From positions 1 to 64,000 of IMG/VR virus record IMGVR_UViG_3300047382_000771: DNA of 64,000 nucleotides; one strand, written 5' to 3'. The DNA is from a virus. Its lineage: Duplodnaviria; Caudoviricetes. The position numbers and the translations under genes were made by a program. Positions 1 to 8,760 of this stretch are shown in pieces. The first letter of the stretch is position 1. Each line of letters opens with the position of its first letter. The notes beneath the pieces are model-generated. The model was given only the letters and a program-made list of their open reading frames with translations, was not told the DNA's origin and ran no database searches.

Positions 1-12
1 TCTGTTATCATA

Positions 13-444
13 TTAATACCAACAACTATAATAAACTCTATATTTTTTGTCAAGCATTTTTCTTGCTTGTTCTACAAGCATTAAATCGTTTTTCTTATAC
101 CAATACTCGTTTTCGGGAAATGGTTCATCATTTTCATCATTCCAAAAATAAGAATCACTACCCCAAAAGAAACCATTAGCTTCGGGGAATTCAAAATTAT
201 TGATAGCATATTCTAGTTCATCTATATCAGTAGAGGTTAATTGCAACTCAACGCAATTAAAAGCACTACCGAAACCTAATTCATCTTCAGTTAAGTCGGG
301 CATATTTGGACAACCCTTAGATTCCCACAAATTTTCCATCCAACCTTGTAAACGATTATGTTTGCGCCATTCCATTATTTGAACATCATCCTCACTATTC
401 CTCTTTCGAGGTGGACGAGCATAAGCGTATTGATCTAATCCCAT
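13..444 (-). CDS. Conserved phage hypothetical protein (MGLD-x-Y...WRK-x-N type)
   Basis: 143-aa ORF; N-terminal MGLDQY and WRKHN motifs recognisable from a widespread phage family of unknown function. Confidence 0.75.
   Translation of the reverse strand: MGLDQYAYARPPRKRNSEDDVQIMEWRKHNRLQGWMENLWESKGCPNMPDLTEDELGFGSAFNCVELQLTSTDIDELEYAINNFEFPEANGFFWGSDSYFWNDENDEPFPENEYWYKKNDLMLVEQARKMLDKKYRVYYSCWY
25..53 (-). promoter_or_regulatory. sigma70-type promoter TTGACA-N17-TATAGT
   Basis: -35 at 48-53, -10 at 25-30; drives a gene left of the window. Confidence 0.7.
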
Positions 445-479
445 AATAATTTCTTTCTACTTATTTGGCTTTAATTGTA

Positions 480-584
480 TTAGTCCCAATCGTTCATAAA
501 CAATATTAGAAAGAACATAATTGTCATTCCTATTGCTATTGCGACAGACAAAAGTTTGAAAATTTCTAAAATATCAGTTGTCAT
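480..584 (-). CDS. Small single-TM peptide (34 aa)
   Basis: Manual translation MTTDILEIFKLLSVAIAIGMTIMFFLILFMNDWD; fills the gap and overlaps the upstream stop. Confidence 0.5.
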   Translation of the reverse strand: MTTDILEIFKLLSVAIAIGMTIMFFLILFMNDWD

Positions 585-768
585 TTTTTTTTCTGAAAGT
601 TATTTTTTTAATGCAGGATATTGAATCTTCAGTAAAAGAGTTGAATATTTCAAAAGAATTAACTGCTTCGTTTTTTGACATACTTACAACCCTAGACTCA
701 TCAACTACATAATCGAATCCCTTATTTGTTTTAATTAATTCCATTTTTTTCATAATATTAAAAGACAC
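574..768 (-). CDS. Hypothetical protein (64 aa)
   Basis: ORF tightly packed with neighbours. Confidence 0.5.
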   Translation of the reverse strand: MSFNIMKKMELIKTNKGFDYVVDESRVVSMSKNEAVNSFEIFNSFTEDSISCIKKITFRKKNDN

Positions 769-1402
769 ATTCTGTGAGTAATTCTTCTTCTGTCAAGCTA
801 GAAATGTCTTGCATTAAAGACCCATTCTTATATGGCACAACAACTTCAACTAAGAAATTTTTAATTGCGCGAGAAATTTGAGCAATCTCTTCCAAGTCTT
901 CAAATGACATATTATTGGCATCACCTTGTCCACCATAAGAAACACGATAACCTTCGTTAATGGGTGCAATTTTACCTGTCTTTTGAGAGTAGTAATTACC
1001 TTGACTATTTCTTGCCCAACTAGATTGTTGATGAAAACTTTGGATGTAAACAAGCACGTCAACTGAAGAAATACTATTACCTACGGAATTAGTTTTTGGA
1101 ATACTATCAATAAAATCTACATCGGCAGTTGGAAAATCTGTTTTTAAATCTTTCAACTTAACTTGGATAGAACGATAAACATCGCGCGACCAATGTTGAT
1201 AAGACTGACCATTCCAATGTTGTTTCGTTTCACCTTCACCCCCTAAGATTTGGCACATTTTTGAGTCACGATCCTGTTTCGAGGAATAACTTAAAAGATT
1301 TCCTTTGGGAACTAACTTTTTGGTTATGGTGTTGCTTTTGAAAACTACATCATTTGGTTGCCAACGATTCCAATTTACTTGTGATTGCGAGAAGAATTTC
1401 AT
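758..1402 (-). CDS. Hypothetical protein (214 aa)
   Basis: Long ORF in the dominant orientation. Confidence 0.75.
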   Translation of the reverse strand: MKFFSQSQVNWNRWQPNDVVFKSNTITKKLVPKGNLLSYSSKQDRDSKMCQILGGEGETKQHWNGQSYQHWSRDVYRSIQVKLKDLKTDFPTADVDFIDSIPKTNSVGNSISSVDVLVYIQSFHQQSSWARNSQGNYYSQKTGKIAPINEGYRVSYGGQGDANNMSFEDLEEIAQISRAIKNFLVEVVVPYKNGSLMQDISSLTEEELLTECVF

Positions 1403-1456
1403 TTTATTTCTTGTGTTGATTGTTTATTTGTTAAAAACTAAATTATTACAGAACCA

Positions 1457-1624
1457 TCATTCGGAGTCAAGAGAAAAATTACAAAATTGATGTCCATACT
1501 CATCATAAAACGCTTGAACCACTTCAACCGCGTTTAATATTTTAAGATGTTCATCCGAGCTTTCACCTAATGCAGAAACTTCTGCTTCATTGATAACCAA
1601 AGATAATGCTTGTTCTAATTTCAT
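1457..1624 (-). CDS. Hypothetical protein (55 aa)
   Basis: Manual translation MKLEQALSLVINEAEVSALG...; ATG 6 nt after a -10 box. Confidence 0.65.
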   Translation of the reverse strand: MKLEQALSLVINEAEVSALGESSDEHLKILNAVEVVQAFYDEYGHQFCNFSLDSE

Positions 1625-1630
1625 ATTTAA

Positions 1631-1659
1631 AGATTATTATGTTGAGTGCTTTTTGTCAA
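1631..1659 (-). promoter_or_regulatory. sigma70 promoter TTGACA-N17-TAATCT
   Basis: -35 1654-1659, -10 1631-1636; ATG 6 nt downstream. Confidence 0.7.
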
Positions 1660-1856
1660 GATTTTTCTCCAAATAATTGATTCCACTCATCCTTAATTTC
1701 AATGTCGGGTACTTCATCTAAGCCTTGGACGCCATTCATTAATAACTCTATAATTTGACCCACATTCATATTCATTGCTTCCATTTCAGCAATATCATAA
1801 CGCATATCATCAATAGTGGGTTCACCCACTCTACATTGTCTTTCTGTTGTTCTCAT
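1656..1856 (-). CDS. Hypothetical protein (66 aa)
   Basis: ORF; TGA stop lies inside the next -35 box. Confidence 0.65.
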   Translation of the reverse strand: MRTTERQCRVGEPTIDDMRYDIAEMEAMNMNVGQIIELLMNGVQGLDEVPDIEIKDEWNQLFGEKS

Positions 1857-1861
1857 AATTT

Positions 1862-2062
1862 TTATTCTGCTTCAGTTGTCCCAATAACTAACAACTTAAC
1901 ATCTTCACCATCTCCTGTCAAGTTGAAAGTTTCACAAATTTCACCAAAAATTTTACCATCTTCGGGGCGAATGCTAATCCAAGTGCAGTTGCCACTATCG
2001 TTATCCACTACATCCCAATCGTTTTCTTGTAGTAAAACTTTTTGCTCTTCAGTTAATTTCAT
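1862..2062 (-). CDS. Hypothetical protein (66 aa)
   Basis: ORF, tight packing. Confidence 0.65.
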   Translation of the reverse strand: MKLTEEQKVLLQENDWDVVDNDSGNCTWISIRPEDGKIFGEICETFNLTGDGEDVKLLVIGTTEAE

Positions 2063-2276
2063 CTAATTCTTTCCAATCTATTTCGTCTGCTCTTATTTGC
2101 CATGCTACTTGCCCATTTGTGGGATCAGCATATTCAATATTAAAATCACAATCGTCAAGAGTTTTGTATGGATCATAACTCCTAACAATTTCTTCTGCTT
2201 CAGTTCTATTTTCTGCCTCTACATAAAAGCAATTAATTATTTTAACTCCAACGCAATATTCTCTTTTTTTATTCAT
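2049..2276 (-). CDS. Small acidic protein, DpnD/PcfM-like paralogue 1
   Basis: Pattern Y-x-V...F-x-VEAEN-x-x-EA-x-EI shared with 2875-3075 and 3353-3589. Confidence 0.55.
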   Translation of the reverse strand: MNKKREYCVGVKIINCFYVEAENRTEAEEIVRSYDPYKTLDDCDFNIEYADPTNGQVAWQIRADEIDWKELDEIN

Positions 2277-2287
2277 TATTTTTTTCT

Positions 2288-2677
2288 TTATAAATCTCTA
2301 TTTAAATTATCAAGTCGCGCATCTTTCATAACTTGACTACCCCATTCAAATGGTGAGTTGTCAGTTAAGTCGCAAGCAATTTGTATATTAGTAACATTAT
2401 GCCATGCTTGATCTGCGAAAACACTTCCATCAGCATTAAGACTTGGTTGTTTGAACCATTTACGAGACTTCTTATAAGAAGCAATATGGCGTTCAATTAC
2501 TTCTATATCATCAGCAACGCAAGCTAAACGATGCCTAAGTTTGAAATTTTCTTTCTCTAAATCTTCGTTCTGTTCAAGTAAAGCTAACTTTTCATTTACT
2601 TCAGTCAATTTATTTTCATAAAATTGCTTGATAGAATCTTCGTAAGTTGGGTAATCGTCTCCTATTATTTCTTTCAT
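2288..2677 (-). CDS. Hypothetical coiled-coil protein (129 aa)
   Basis: ORF with heptad-like region; ATG 6 nt after -10. Confidence 0.7.
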   Translation of the reverse strand: MKEIIGDDYPTYEDSIKQFYENKLTEVNEKLALLEQNEDLEKENFKLRHRLACVADDIEVIERHIASYKKSRKWFKQPSLNADGSVFADQAWHNVTNIQIACDLTDNSPFEWGSQVMKDARLDNLNRDL

Positions 2678-2683
2678 GCTCTT

Positions 2684-2712
2684 ACCTTATATTGATTGTT
2701 TTGAGTTGTCAA
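2684..2712 (-). promoter_or_regulatory. sigma70 promoter TTGACA-N17-TAAGGT
   Basis: -35 2707-2712, -10 2684-2689. Confidence 0.7.
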
Positions 2713-2873
2713 GACTTTTTTCCTGTTAAGTATAATTGAATTTGCTTTCTAATATATATTGCAAGTTCGACTTGAATACTTGTGGACAACAAATTTGGCG
2801 AAACTACATGGTATCCATTGTCTTTTATATAATTATCAATACCTTCTATAATCTTTTTATCTAAATTATCCAT
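2709..2873 (-). CDS. Hypothetical protein (54 aa)
   Basis: Manual translation MDNLDKKIIEGIDNYIKDNG...; TGA inside the -35 box. Confidence 0.6.
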   Translation of the reverse strand: MDNLDKKIIEGIDNYIKDNGYHVVSPNLLSTSIQVELAIYIRKQIQLYLTGKKS

Positions 2874-2874
2874 A

Positions 2875-3075
2875 TTACATTTCGTAAGTTTGCTCCAAAT
2901 CTGCTTGAGCGTAATCCTCGCTAGTCATTGTGCATTGCTCACCAAAAATACTTAGTCCACCCTCTTCAACTAATATTTCGCGCGCCTCTTCTTCTGTTTC
3001 TGCTTGTATTTCATAAACGAAAGCAGTTGGCACAGAGAAAACAAAATATTTATCCTTTTTCTTTTGAGTCTTCAT
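2875..3075 (-). CDS. Small acidic protein, DpnD/PcfM-like paralogue 2
   Basis: FVYEIQAETEEEAREIL motif. Confidence 0.55.
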   Translation of the reverse strand: MKTQKKKDKYFVFSVPTAFVYEIQAETEEEAREILVEEGGLSIFGEQCTMTSEDYAQADLEQTYEM

Positions 3076-3349
3076 CTTTAATATATTCTGATATTACATT
3101 TTCTATCCATTCATTGAAACTTAACCCTTGTTCATGGGCGTGTTGCATATATTTAAATAGATCATTGTCATCAAAGTCAAGCTGAATTGTTTCATATTTG
3201 ACTTTTTTAATAAGAAATCCACCATCTTGCTCGACAAATTTAATATCATCACCTTCTGCCCAACCTAAACGATTGAGTAAATCATCGGGTAAATCAAAAA
3301 ATAATTCACCATCAATATTTTCTTTAACTTCTAATTGTGATGTTTTCAT
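3050..3349 (-). CDS. AbrB/MazE-like DNA-binding domain plus probable ribbon-helix-helix domain
   Basis: GELFFDLPDDLLNRLGWAEGDDIKF matches the swapped-hairpin pattern; C-terminal AHEQGLSFNEWIENVI is RHH-like. Confidence 0.6.
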   Translation of the reverse strand: MKTSQLEVKENIDGELFFDLPDDLLNRLGWAEGDDIKFVEQDGGFLIKKVKYETIQLDFDDNDLFKYMQHAHEQGLSFNEWIENVISEYIKDEDSKEKG

Positions 3350-3352
3350 AAG

Positions 3353-3589
3353 TTACTCCCCTCTAATATAAGCACCAAATTCATCATCGCTCATGCTAGA
3401 TGTTCCACCTTTAGGTTCACAAAGAACAACTTCCGCATTTTCTTTCCATGCTTCACTAATCTCCCAATCAGCGTCCATTTGAGAAAAAGCAATGTCTTGA
3501 GCTTTCGCAGGTGAATCAGCTTCAACTTCAAAAGTGCGATAAGTTGTGCTTGAGAATTCTACTTCAAATAATTTTTTTTCTTTTTTCAT
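3353..3589 (-). CDS. Small acidic protein, DpnD/PcfM-like paralogue 3
   Basis: RTFEVEADSPAKAQDIA motif; start chosen at MKKEKK. Confidence 0.55.
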   Translation of the reverse strand: MKKEKKLFEVEFSSTTYRTFEVEADSPAKAQDIAFSQMDADWEISEAWKENAEVVLCEPKGGTSSMSDDEFGAYIRGE

Positions 3590-3593
3590 TGTA

Positions 3594-3959
3594 TTATTCC
3601 TCATATATATAAATTGGAGTATATTCGCCAACATGAGCGCCGTCAACATTAAAATGGAAAAAGTCTGTTGCGTCTCCTCGACTCATACCATCTCTTTCCA
3701 TAAATAATTCGATAATTTTACTAACAGAATAAATTGCAAGACCTTTCGTACTATAACCAATCAAGGCGTTATCTAAACCATCTGCCAATAATGCTTCGGG
3801 ATTAAATTCTGAAATATTTTCTTTTAATAGATTTACTCTATCCCTTTCGGCAAGCAAATTTTGAGTCTGATCTACTACCCTTAAACCTTCGTAGTATTCT
3901 TCTTCATCTTTCTTGCGTTGTAAATAATCTTGGTAATCTTGGTCTTCTTTTGGATTCAT
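3594..3959 (-). CDS. Conserved phage hypothetical protein (DG-x-D-x-A-x-IG...G-x-x-TP type)
   Basis: ADGLDNALIGY...FHFNVDGAHVGEYTPIY; ATG 6 nt after -10. Confidence 0.75.
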   Translation of the reverse strand: MNPKEDQDYQDYLQRKKDEEEYYEGLRVVDQTQNLLAERDRVNLLKENISEFNPEALLADGLDNALIGYSTKGLAIYSVSKIIELFMERDGMSRGDATDFFHFNVDGAHVGEYTPIYIYEE

Positions 3960-3965
3960 AGATGG

Positions 3966-3994
3966 ACTATAAAAAACAAACTAGATTATGTCAA
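3966..3994 (-). promoter_or_regulatory. sigma70 promoter TTGACA-N17-TATAGT
   Basis: -35 3989-3994, -10 3966-3971. Confidence 0.75.
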
Positions 3995-4182
3995 CGATAA
4001 TTTTGGTTTTTTTTAGATTCTTGCTCGTATAATAGATTGTCCATTAAATCAATAATCCCCCAAGCAACTTCTTCATCAATAGGTTGTGGTGGAGATTTTG
4101 AATCATGCCACACATGACTAAGCAAGTGATCTCTTTGTTGTTTAAGTAAATCGAAATTAATATTTATTGTTTTATTATTCAT
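3991..4182 (-). CDS. Hypothetical protein (63 aa)
   Basis: ORF; TGA inside the -35 box. Confidence 0.6.
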   Translation of the reverse strand: MNNKTININFDLLKQQRDHLLSHVWHDSKSPPQPIDEEVAWGIIDLMDNLLYEQESKKNQNYR

Positions 4183-4206
4183 AGTTTTTGTTTATATATT
4201 TATTTA

Positions 4207-4464
4207 TTAAGAGTAATTTTCTAATAACCAATTCAAATGGTCTTTTAAATCGTAACAAAATCTTTCATCATTATCTTGTTCAGTCCAAAAAATTAATTGG
4301 TCTATTAAGGTTTTCATTCTGTCTTGAACTACCATCAAATCCTCCGTAGTAAAAGAATCGTTATTAACTATGTCTTCACCAATAAGAAGATTAGACTCAA
4401 CCAACTTCCTTAATCTTTTAGCCATTCTTGATTGACTATCTTGATTATCCATGATCCACCCCAC
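4207..4464 (-). CDS. Hypothetical protein (about 85 aa)
   Basis: ORF; exact start uncertain. Confidence 0.6.
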   Translation of the reverse strand: MGWIMDNQDSQSRMAKRLRKLVESNLLIGEDIVNNDSFTTEDLMVVQDRMKTLIDQLIFWTEQDNDERFCYDLKDHLNWLLENYS

Positions 4465-4636
4465 AAACTATATCCTCAATTAAGTTGGAAATTTTTGAAT
4501 TAATATATGGTTCTAAATCTTTCATAATTCTTTCTGCCAAAATGTTTTGGGCAACTTCAGACTGCATATTTATTTGGCAAGAACCTGTGTCGCTACAAGC
4601 ATATCCTTTAATAGTATTTAAAATTATTTCTTTCAT
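4445..4636 (-). CDS. Hypothetical protein (63 aa)
   Basis: ORF; start at MKEII coupled to the upstream stop; weak similarity to 2709-2873. Confidence 0.6.
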   Translation of the reverse strand: MKEIILNTIKGYACSDTGSCQINMQSEVAQNILAERIMKDLEPYINSKISNLIEDIVCGVDHG

Positions 4637-4845
4637 TAATCTTTGCAATATCTCTCTAAAGTTTCTAACCTACTTAAACCATCATCGAGCATAGCTAATG
4701 CTTCTTCTGCGTTTTTATAAAAATCTTCTGTTGAGTGATCGCCAATACCTACTGAGTTTGCCCCTAATAATTCAAGACTTAACTCGGCTTTAGCTATATC
4801 AGCTTCAGCAGAAGCACGTAACATATTATATAATTCTTTCTTCAT
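4636..4845 (-). CDS. Conserved phage hypothetical protein (VGIG-x-H motif)
   Basis: NSVGIGDHSTEDF...EEALAML pattern seen in large phages. Confidence 0.65.
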   Translation of the reverse strand: MKKELYNMLRASAEADIAKAELSLELLGANSVGIGDHSTEDFYKNAEEALAMLDDGLSRLETLERYCKD

Positions 4846-4852
4846 AATTAAT

Positions 4853-4969
4853 TTATTCTCTACCTGTTAATATATACCATAACTGCAACCACATTAAAAA
4901 AAGAAACACGACTATGCAACCAAAAAAATCATAAATCGCAAAAAACTTAGCTTTTATTTTTTTCTTCAT
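4853..4969 (-). CDS. Small single-TM peptide (38 aa)
   Basis: Manual translation MKKKIKAKFFAIYDFFGCIVVFLFLMWLQLWYILTGRE. Confidence 0.45.
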   Translation of the reverse strand: MKKKIKAKFFAIYDFFGCIVVFLFLMWLQLWYILTGRE

Positions 4970-5096
4970 CAGTTATAAATTCTACTTCGAGATGATCTTC
5001 ATTATTCATATCTCTCTCTATTGTAATTGTTATTTTTTTATTGTTAAATAATTTCCTTTTTATTAAAGCAAGTAAATTGTTATATGTAGTAAACAT
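4947..5096 (-). CDS. Hypothetical protein (49 aa)
   Basis: Manual translation; fills the gap. Confidence 0.4.
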   Translation of the reverse strand: MFTTYNNLLALIKRKLFNNKKITITIERDMNNEDHLEVEFITDEEKNKS

Positions 5097-5099
5097 TAT

Positions 5100-5624
5100 T
5101 TATGAATCTAATCTTTTCATTTCATTCACCACATACTTGACAAAATTTTTAGACGCAACCTTATGTAATTTCTTGTCATTGTGACTACTATAAACATTAG
5201 AAATCAAGTCTTTAGCTTTATATGGGATACCTTTATTTAAACTCTGACATTGATTATATAATTCCACAAAATAAAAATAAGACCTTACGTCCAAATGCTT
5301 CATGTTACGATGACTTTGAATAAACTGCATAAACTTCTCGTTAGGAGCGTGAGGGGATGCCTGTTGATTTTGAGATTTTTTAGATACATCTGCGAATTTT
5401 ACTGCTCCACCTTTCACGTTAAAGCATAAACCTTGAGACTCTATGTATTTGGCGGGAATACTTTCAAAAATTTGAACCGCAACTACTTGTTTGTGGTCAG
5501 CTTTCTTATCTATTAGAGTAAATTCTTTACATTGCTTGTTTTTTAGAAATTTATCGTTGCGAATAAAATATTCGTAATATCTACCATTCGGTAGTTCGGG
5601 GTAGCTTGATCTGCAATGGGTCAT
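5100..5624 (-). CDS. Hypothetical protein (174 aa)
   Basis: Start moved to MTHCRS because the longer ORF overlaps a promoter. Confidence 0.65.
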   Translation of the reverse strand: MTHCRSSYPELPNGRYYEYFIRNDKFLKNKQCKEFTLIDKKADHKQVVAVQIFESIPAKYIESQGLCFNVKGGAVKFADVSKKSQNQQASPHAPNEKFMQFIQSHRNMKHLDVRSYFYFVELYNQCQSLNKGIPYKAKDLISNVYSSHNDKKLHKVASKNFVKYVVNEMKRLDS

Positions 5625-5634
5625 GTTGCTTAGA

Positions 5635-5677
5635 ACAATATTTTGACCACGTTGTTTTGTCAACCCTTTTTTGTCAA
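5635..5677 (-). promoter_or_regulatory. sigma70 promoter TTGACA-N17-TATTGT with a second upstream TTGACA
   Basis: -35 5658-5663, -10 5635-5640; extra TTGACA at 5672-5677. Confidence 0.65.
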
Positions 5678-5758
5678 GATTTGATTTACTGCTAAAAAAA
5701 TAATAATGATTATACTTAGGCGTGTATGGAATTGTTTTAGATTTAACTATTTCTATGT

Positions 5759-6007
5759 TCACTTATTAAATAATTTTTGTCTGATTAACTTGAAAGCATA
5801 CTCGTCCTGCACCCTGCAACCATCAATTAGTTCATCTAATTGCTCTGATAGCACTCTATGGCAATCTTTAACCCCTTGGTCGTATCCTGCATCAACATCA
5901 TCCATAATCGTCTTGCTCATTTTGCGAGCTAAACTTTCTTGGGCGTCAGAATAACCTTTATTGTAACCTCTAGTAAAATAAATATCGCTATTAATCTCTT
6001 CGTGCAT
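5759..6007 (-). CDS. Hypothetical protein (82 aa)
   Basis: ORF with repeated GY-x-x-G motifs. Confidence 0.6.
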   Translation of the reverse strand: MHEEINSDIYFTRGYNKGYSDAQESLARKMSKTIMDDVDAGYDQGVKDCHRVLSEQLDELIDGCRVQDEYAFKLIRQKLFNK

Positions 6008-6008
6008 A

Positions 6009-6629
6009 TTAATGTTTGTTAAAGGCTTCTAAGGTGTATTTGAATGGTTTACCTTCGATACTAGAAACTAATTCAAGCATTGTCAAGGATATTTCTCTTA
6101 TTTCTTTCTGTGCGTGTTCGCTACTTCTTAATTTTAAAAAGTTTGCAAAACTGCGCATATTAAAAGTGATGTCAGCTTGTATTTGAGAACTATAAGTCTT
6201 GAAAAATCTAGCAGACTCTTTAGCTCTTTTTCTTCCCAAGGTTGACTCTAACTCTTCTAAGCATAAATGGTACAACTTATTTCCCTCTGCATTAAAATCA
6301 AAAAGTTTTTGCTTCCATTTATTTGGAAAATCATCGGGGATGAAGAACTTATCTTCTTTTAACTCTTTATATCTAGCGGATTCAGCATTAATAGATGCTA
6401 TTCTATGCTTTAACAAATGTATGTGGCTTGCGATTTCAGTATCAACTAAAAAATGTACCATACCCTTCTCGAAAGGAGTTTCATGCCCATTCCCCCAAAG
6501 CATATCAATTAATTTCGGAATACGCTCTTTTTTTTCTTTAGTTAAATTGCGACTCGTACTCGTCCATGCAGAGCAAGCGATCACTTCGTCATTCCCATAG
6601 TAACCTAACAATTCGATCTTATTTTTCAT
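6009..6629 (-). CDS. thyX: FAD-dependent thymidylate synthase ThyX
   Basis: GHETPFE, HLLKHRIASINAESARY (ThyX RHR-x7-S-x-RY-like motif), NFLKLR...HAQKEIR. Confidence 0.93.
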   Translation of the reverse strand: MKNKIELLGYYGNDEVIACSAWTSTSRNLTKEKKERIPKLIDMLWGNGHETPFEKGMVHFLVDTEIASHIHLLKHRIASINAESARYKELKEDKFFIPDDFPNKWKQKLFDFNAEGNKLYHLCLEELESTLGRKRAKESARFFKTYSSQIQADITFNMRSFANFLKLRSSEHAQKEIREISLTMLELVSSIEGKPFKYTLEAFNKH

Positions 6630-6792
6630 CATCAATATAGTGCCATATTATGCCGTCTTTGTCAAGATCAGAACTCCAAATCATTAACTTTTTGTATATA
6701 GGATAAAAAATAATCCCCATAAATTTAAAGTACAATAAGTTACTTATTAAATCTCCTAAAATAAATAATATTTTACTAAAAAGGAGTCTCAT
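6619..6792 (-). CDS. Small hydrophobic protein (57 aa)
   Basis: Manual translation MRLLFSKILFILGDLISNLLYFKFMGIIFYP... Confidence 0.45.
   Translation of the reverse strand: MRLLFSKILFILGDLISNLLYFKFMGIIFYPIYKKLMIWSSDLDKDGIIWHYIDDEK
6637..6665 (-). promoter_or_regulatory. sigma70 promoter TTGACA-N17-CACTAT (extended -10 TG)
   Basis: -35 6660-6665, -10 6637-6642, ATG 7 nt downstream. Confidence 0.55.
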
Positions 6793-7072
6793 CTTTATAC
6801 ATATTTGCTTGGAATTGTTGAATTTTTTTGTTTTTTGATATTTGATCTAAAATATTTTCAGAGAGATGACCTTGCATATTTTCTTGGTTTTCTTCATCAG
6901 TAAACCATTGATAATCTAAGTCGAAAATGCTATCAACATTTGATGGATGAAATCCTGCACTAACAAGCAGACCTTTGAATTGTTCTGCGAGATCGTAAAC
7001 ATTTGAACCATCAAAAGATTCGTCTGATTCAACACTATAAGTTTTATTATGTAATGTGAGAGATAGTTTCAT
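6776..7072 (-). CDS. Hypothetical protein (98 aa)
   Basis: ORF. Confidence 0.7.
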   Translation of the reverse strand: MKLSLTLHNKTYSVESDESFDGSNVYDLAEQFKGLLVSAGFHPSNVDSIFDLDYQWFTDEENQENMQGHLSENILDQISKNKKIQQFQANMYKDETPF

Positions 7073-7078
7073 AATTAT

Positions 7079-7360
7079 TTAATTCCAATCGTAATCCGAA
7101 GAAATACCAAAAGCTAATCTGTCTTTCCAAGGATTCCCATATTTATCTTTTTTGCTTGGGTCAGTAATTTTTACAATGATGTTGTAACCTGCTACATCAT
7201 CTAACTGCTCACCATCAGTACAATATTCGCAATCCATATCTAAGGTAGCACTATCTGCAATCCAATCTTCTTCTTGGTAATCAAGAAAGCGAACAGGTAC
7301 AGATATATTATCTTCTACTAATTCTTTGCGAATTTTTAAATGACTATTTTCAACACTCAT
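7079..7360 (-). CDS. Hypothetical protein (93 aa)
   Basis: ORF; ATG overlaps the upstream TGA (ATGA). Confidence 0.65.
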   Translation of the reverse strand: MSVENSHLKIRKELVEDNISVPVRFLDYQEEDWIADSATLDMDCEYCTDGEQLDDVAGYNIIVKITDPSKKDKYGNPWKDRLAFGISSDYDWN

Positions 7361-7533
7361 TTCCAATCTTTCTCCAATACGAATTTTTTACTAACACCAT
7401 TCATTCTAAATGCACGATTTTTAATATTTGCTTCATGTTTTGTTAATTTTCCAATACCAAGGTAAGCATAACTTGGTTCACTATTTGTGTCAATTAAAAT
7501 ATATTTATAAACCTTTGTGTTGTCGATATTCAT
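7357..7533 (-). CDS. Hypothetical protein (58 aa)
   Basis: Manual translation MNIDNTKVYKYILID...; ATGA coupling. Confidence 0.55.
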   Translation of the reverse strand: MNIDNTKVYKYILIDTNSEPSYAYLGIGKLTKHEANIKNRAFRMNGVSKKFVLEKDWK

Positions 7534-7552
7534 TTAAGGTAATCAAATCCTT

Positions 7553-8128
7553 CTATTTTGCATATTCATGTTCCATTAATTGCTTGATTTTATCTCTAGC
7601 TTCACCCCAAAGTTGAGATTCGACTTTTTCATCAAATGCTTGTAATTTCATTATTCCATAACGATACCACACATCACATATCTTGTCAATGTTTTTATCA
7701 TCGGGTTTTACATTGTAATGATTCCAATTTTTTTCTCCATCAATTATTTCTTGCTCTATCCATTCAGCAGGGAAACCATTTGGAAAATACATAAGAGCAT
7801 TGTCGTTTGCAAACTTTCTAGCAAGAGATACAAAACTATCCTCTATTTCATGTGATTCATAAAGGTCTGCATCTTCATACCAAGACTCGTAGACACTAAT
7901 TTCAAATTGAAAAGTATCTTTGATGGCAACATATTCTTGCTCAAACTTTTGTCGATTATCGTCACCATGCTCTAATATGTCAAGAGTATGAGCTTTACCA
8001 TACCATTTCATATGTTTCATAACTCGACTATTATAAATAATCTTTTGAAACTCCTCAAGGAGTTCGTTATTAGACTTTGCAGTATATTGCGTTCTTCTAA
8101 AACTTACTGATAATCCTTCTCCGCTCAT
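7553..8128 (-). CDS. Hypothetical protein (191 aa)
   Basis: Long ORF with its own promoter. Confidence 0.75.
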   Translation of the reverse strand: MSGEGLSVSFRRTQYTAKSNNELLEEFQKIIYNSRVMKHMKWYGKAHTLDILEHGDDNRQKFEQEYVAIKDTFQFEISVYESWYEDADLYESHEIEDSFVSLARKFANDNALMYFPNGFPAEWIEQEIIDGEKNWNHYNVKPDDKNIDKICDVWYRYGIMKLQAFDEKVESQLWGEARDKIKQLMEHEYAK

Positions 8129-8136
8129 AATTAATT

Positions 8137-8165
8137 AATATAGATATGTAGGTAGATATTGTCAA
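8137..8165 (-). promoter_or_regulatory. sigma70 promoter TTGACA-N17-TATATT
   Basis: -35 8160-8165, -10 8137-8142. Confidence 0.7.
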
Positions 8166-8494
8166 GCTATTTCCAACTCTTTACTTTCGGGATGATAGAA
8201 AGCTAGAAACAATGTATGATCAGTATTAATGGAGTGATATTTATTATCTTCCGTAGGCGGATCAACAGAATAAACTTCGCAAGTCCAACTTCTATCGGGA
8301 TCATCCCATTCGGACATCATGTGGAAATTAAAATCAACAAAATTTCCGCCATCTAATTTCAGACTATTCCAATAATCAGTATTATCACCCTCTGTCTTTG
8401 CATCGTGTTGCAATTCAACTAAATGAACATGATCCAAAAACTTTTTTAATAAAATATCTTTGTATTTTTTTTCCAACTCTAAACAAGCTTGCAT
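8162..8494 (-). CDS. Hypothetical protein (110 aa)
   Basis: ORF; TGA inside the -35 box. Confidence 0.7.
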   Translation of the reverse strand: MQACLELEKKYKDILLKKFLDHVHLVELQHDAKTEGDNTDYWNSLKLDGGNFVDFNFHMMSEWDDPDRSWTCEVYSVDPPTEDNKYHSINTDHTLFLAFYHPESKELEIA

Positions 8495-8496
8495 AT

Positions 8497-8760
8497 TTAC
8501 TTCACTTTCTTTTCGTTATTTAAATGGTTTTGGTCAAAAATGTCGTCTTCATCAAAGACTCTATGTTCTTGTTTGAAATTTTGATATTCCACCCACAACT
8601 TATCGTACAAAGTTTGGTGTAGTTGACTCATTCCAATTAACATATTTAATAACTCATCTTCTGTATATTGACGAGGAGCATCTCCAATCGCATACATAAG
8701 AATATCAATATTCTCTTGGATGTTGGACATATTACCCATTGCTTGTTCTAATTTATTCAT
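8497..8760 (-). CDS. Hypothetical protein (87 aa)
   Basis: ORF. Confidence 0.65.
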   Translation of the reverse strand: MNKLEQAMGNMSNIQENIDILMYAIGDAPRQYTEDELLNMLIGMSQLHQTLYDKLWVEYQNFKQEHRVFDEDDIFDQNHLNNEKKVK

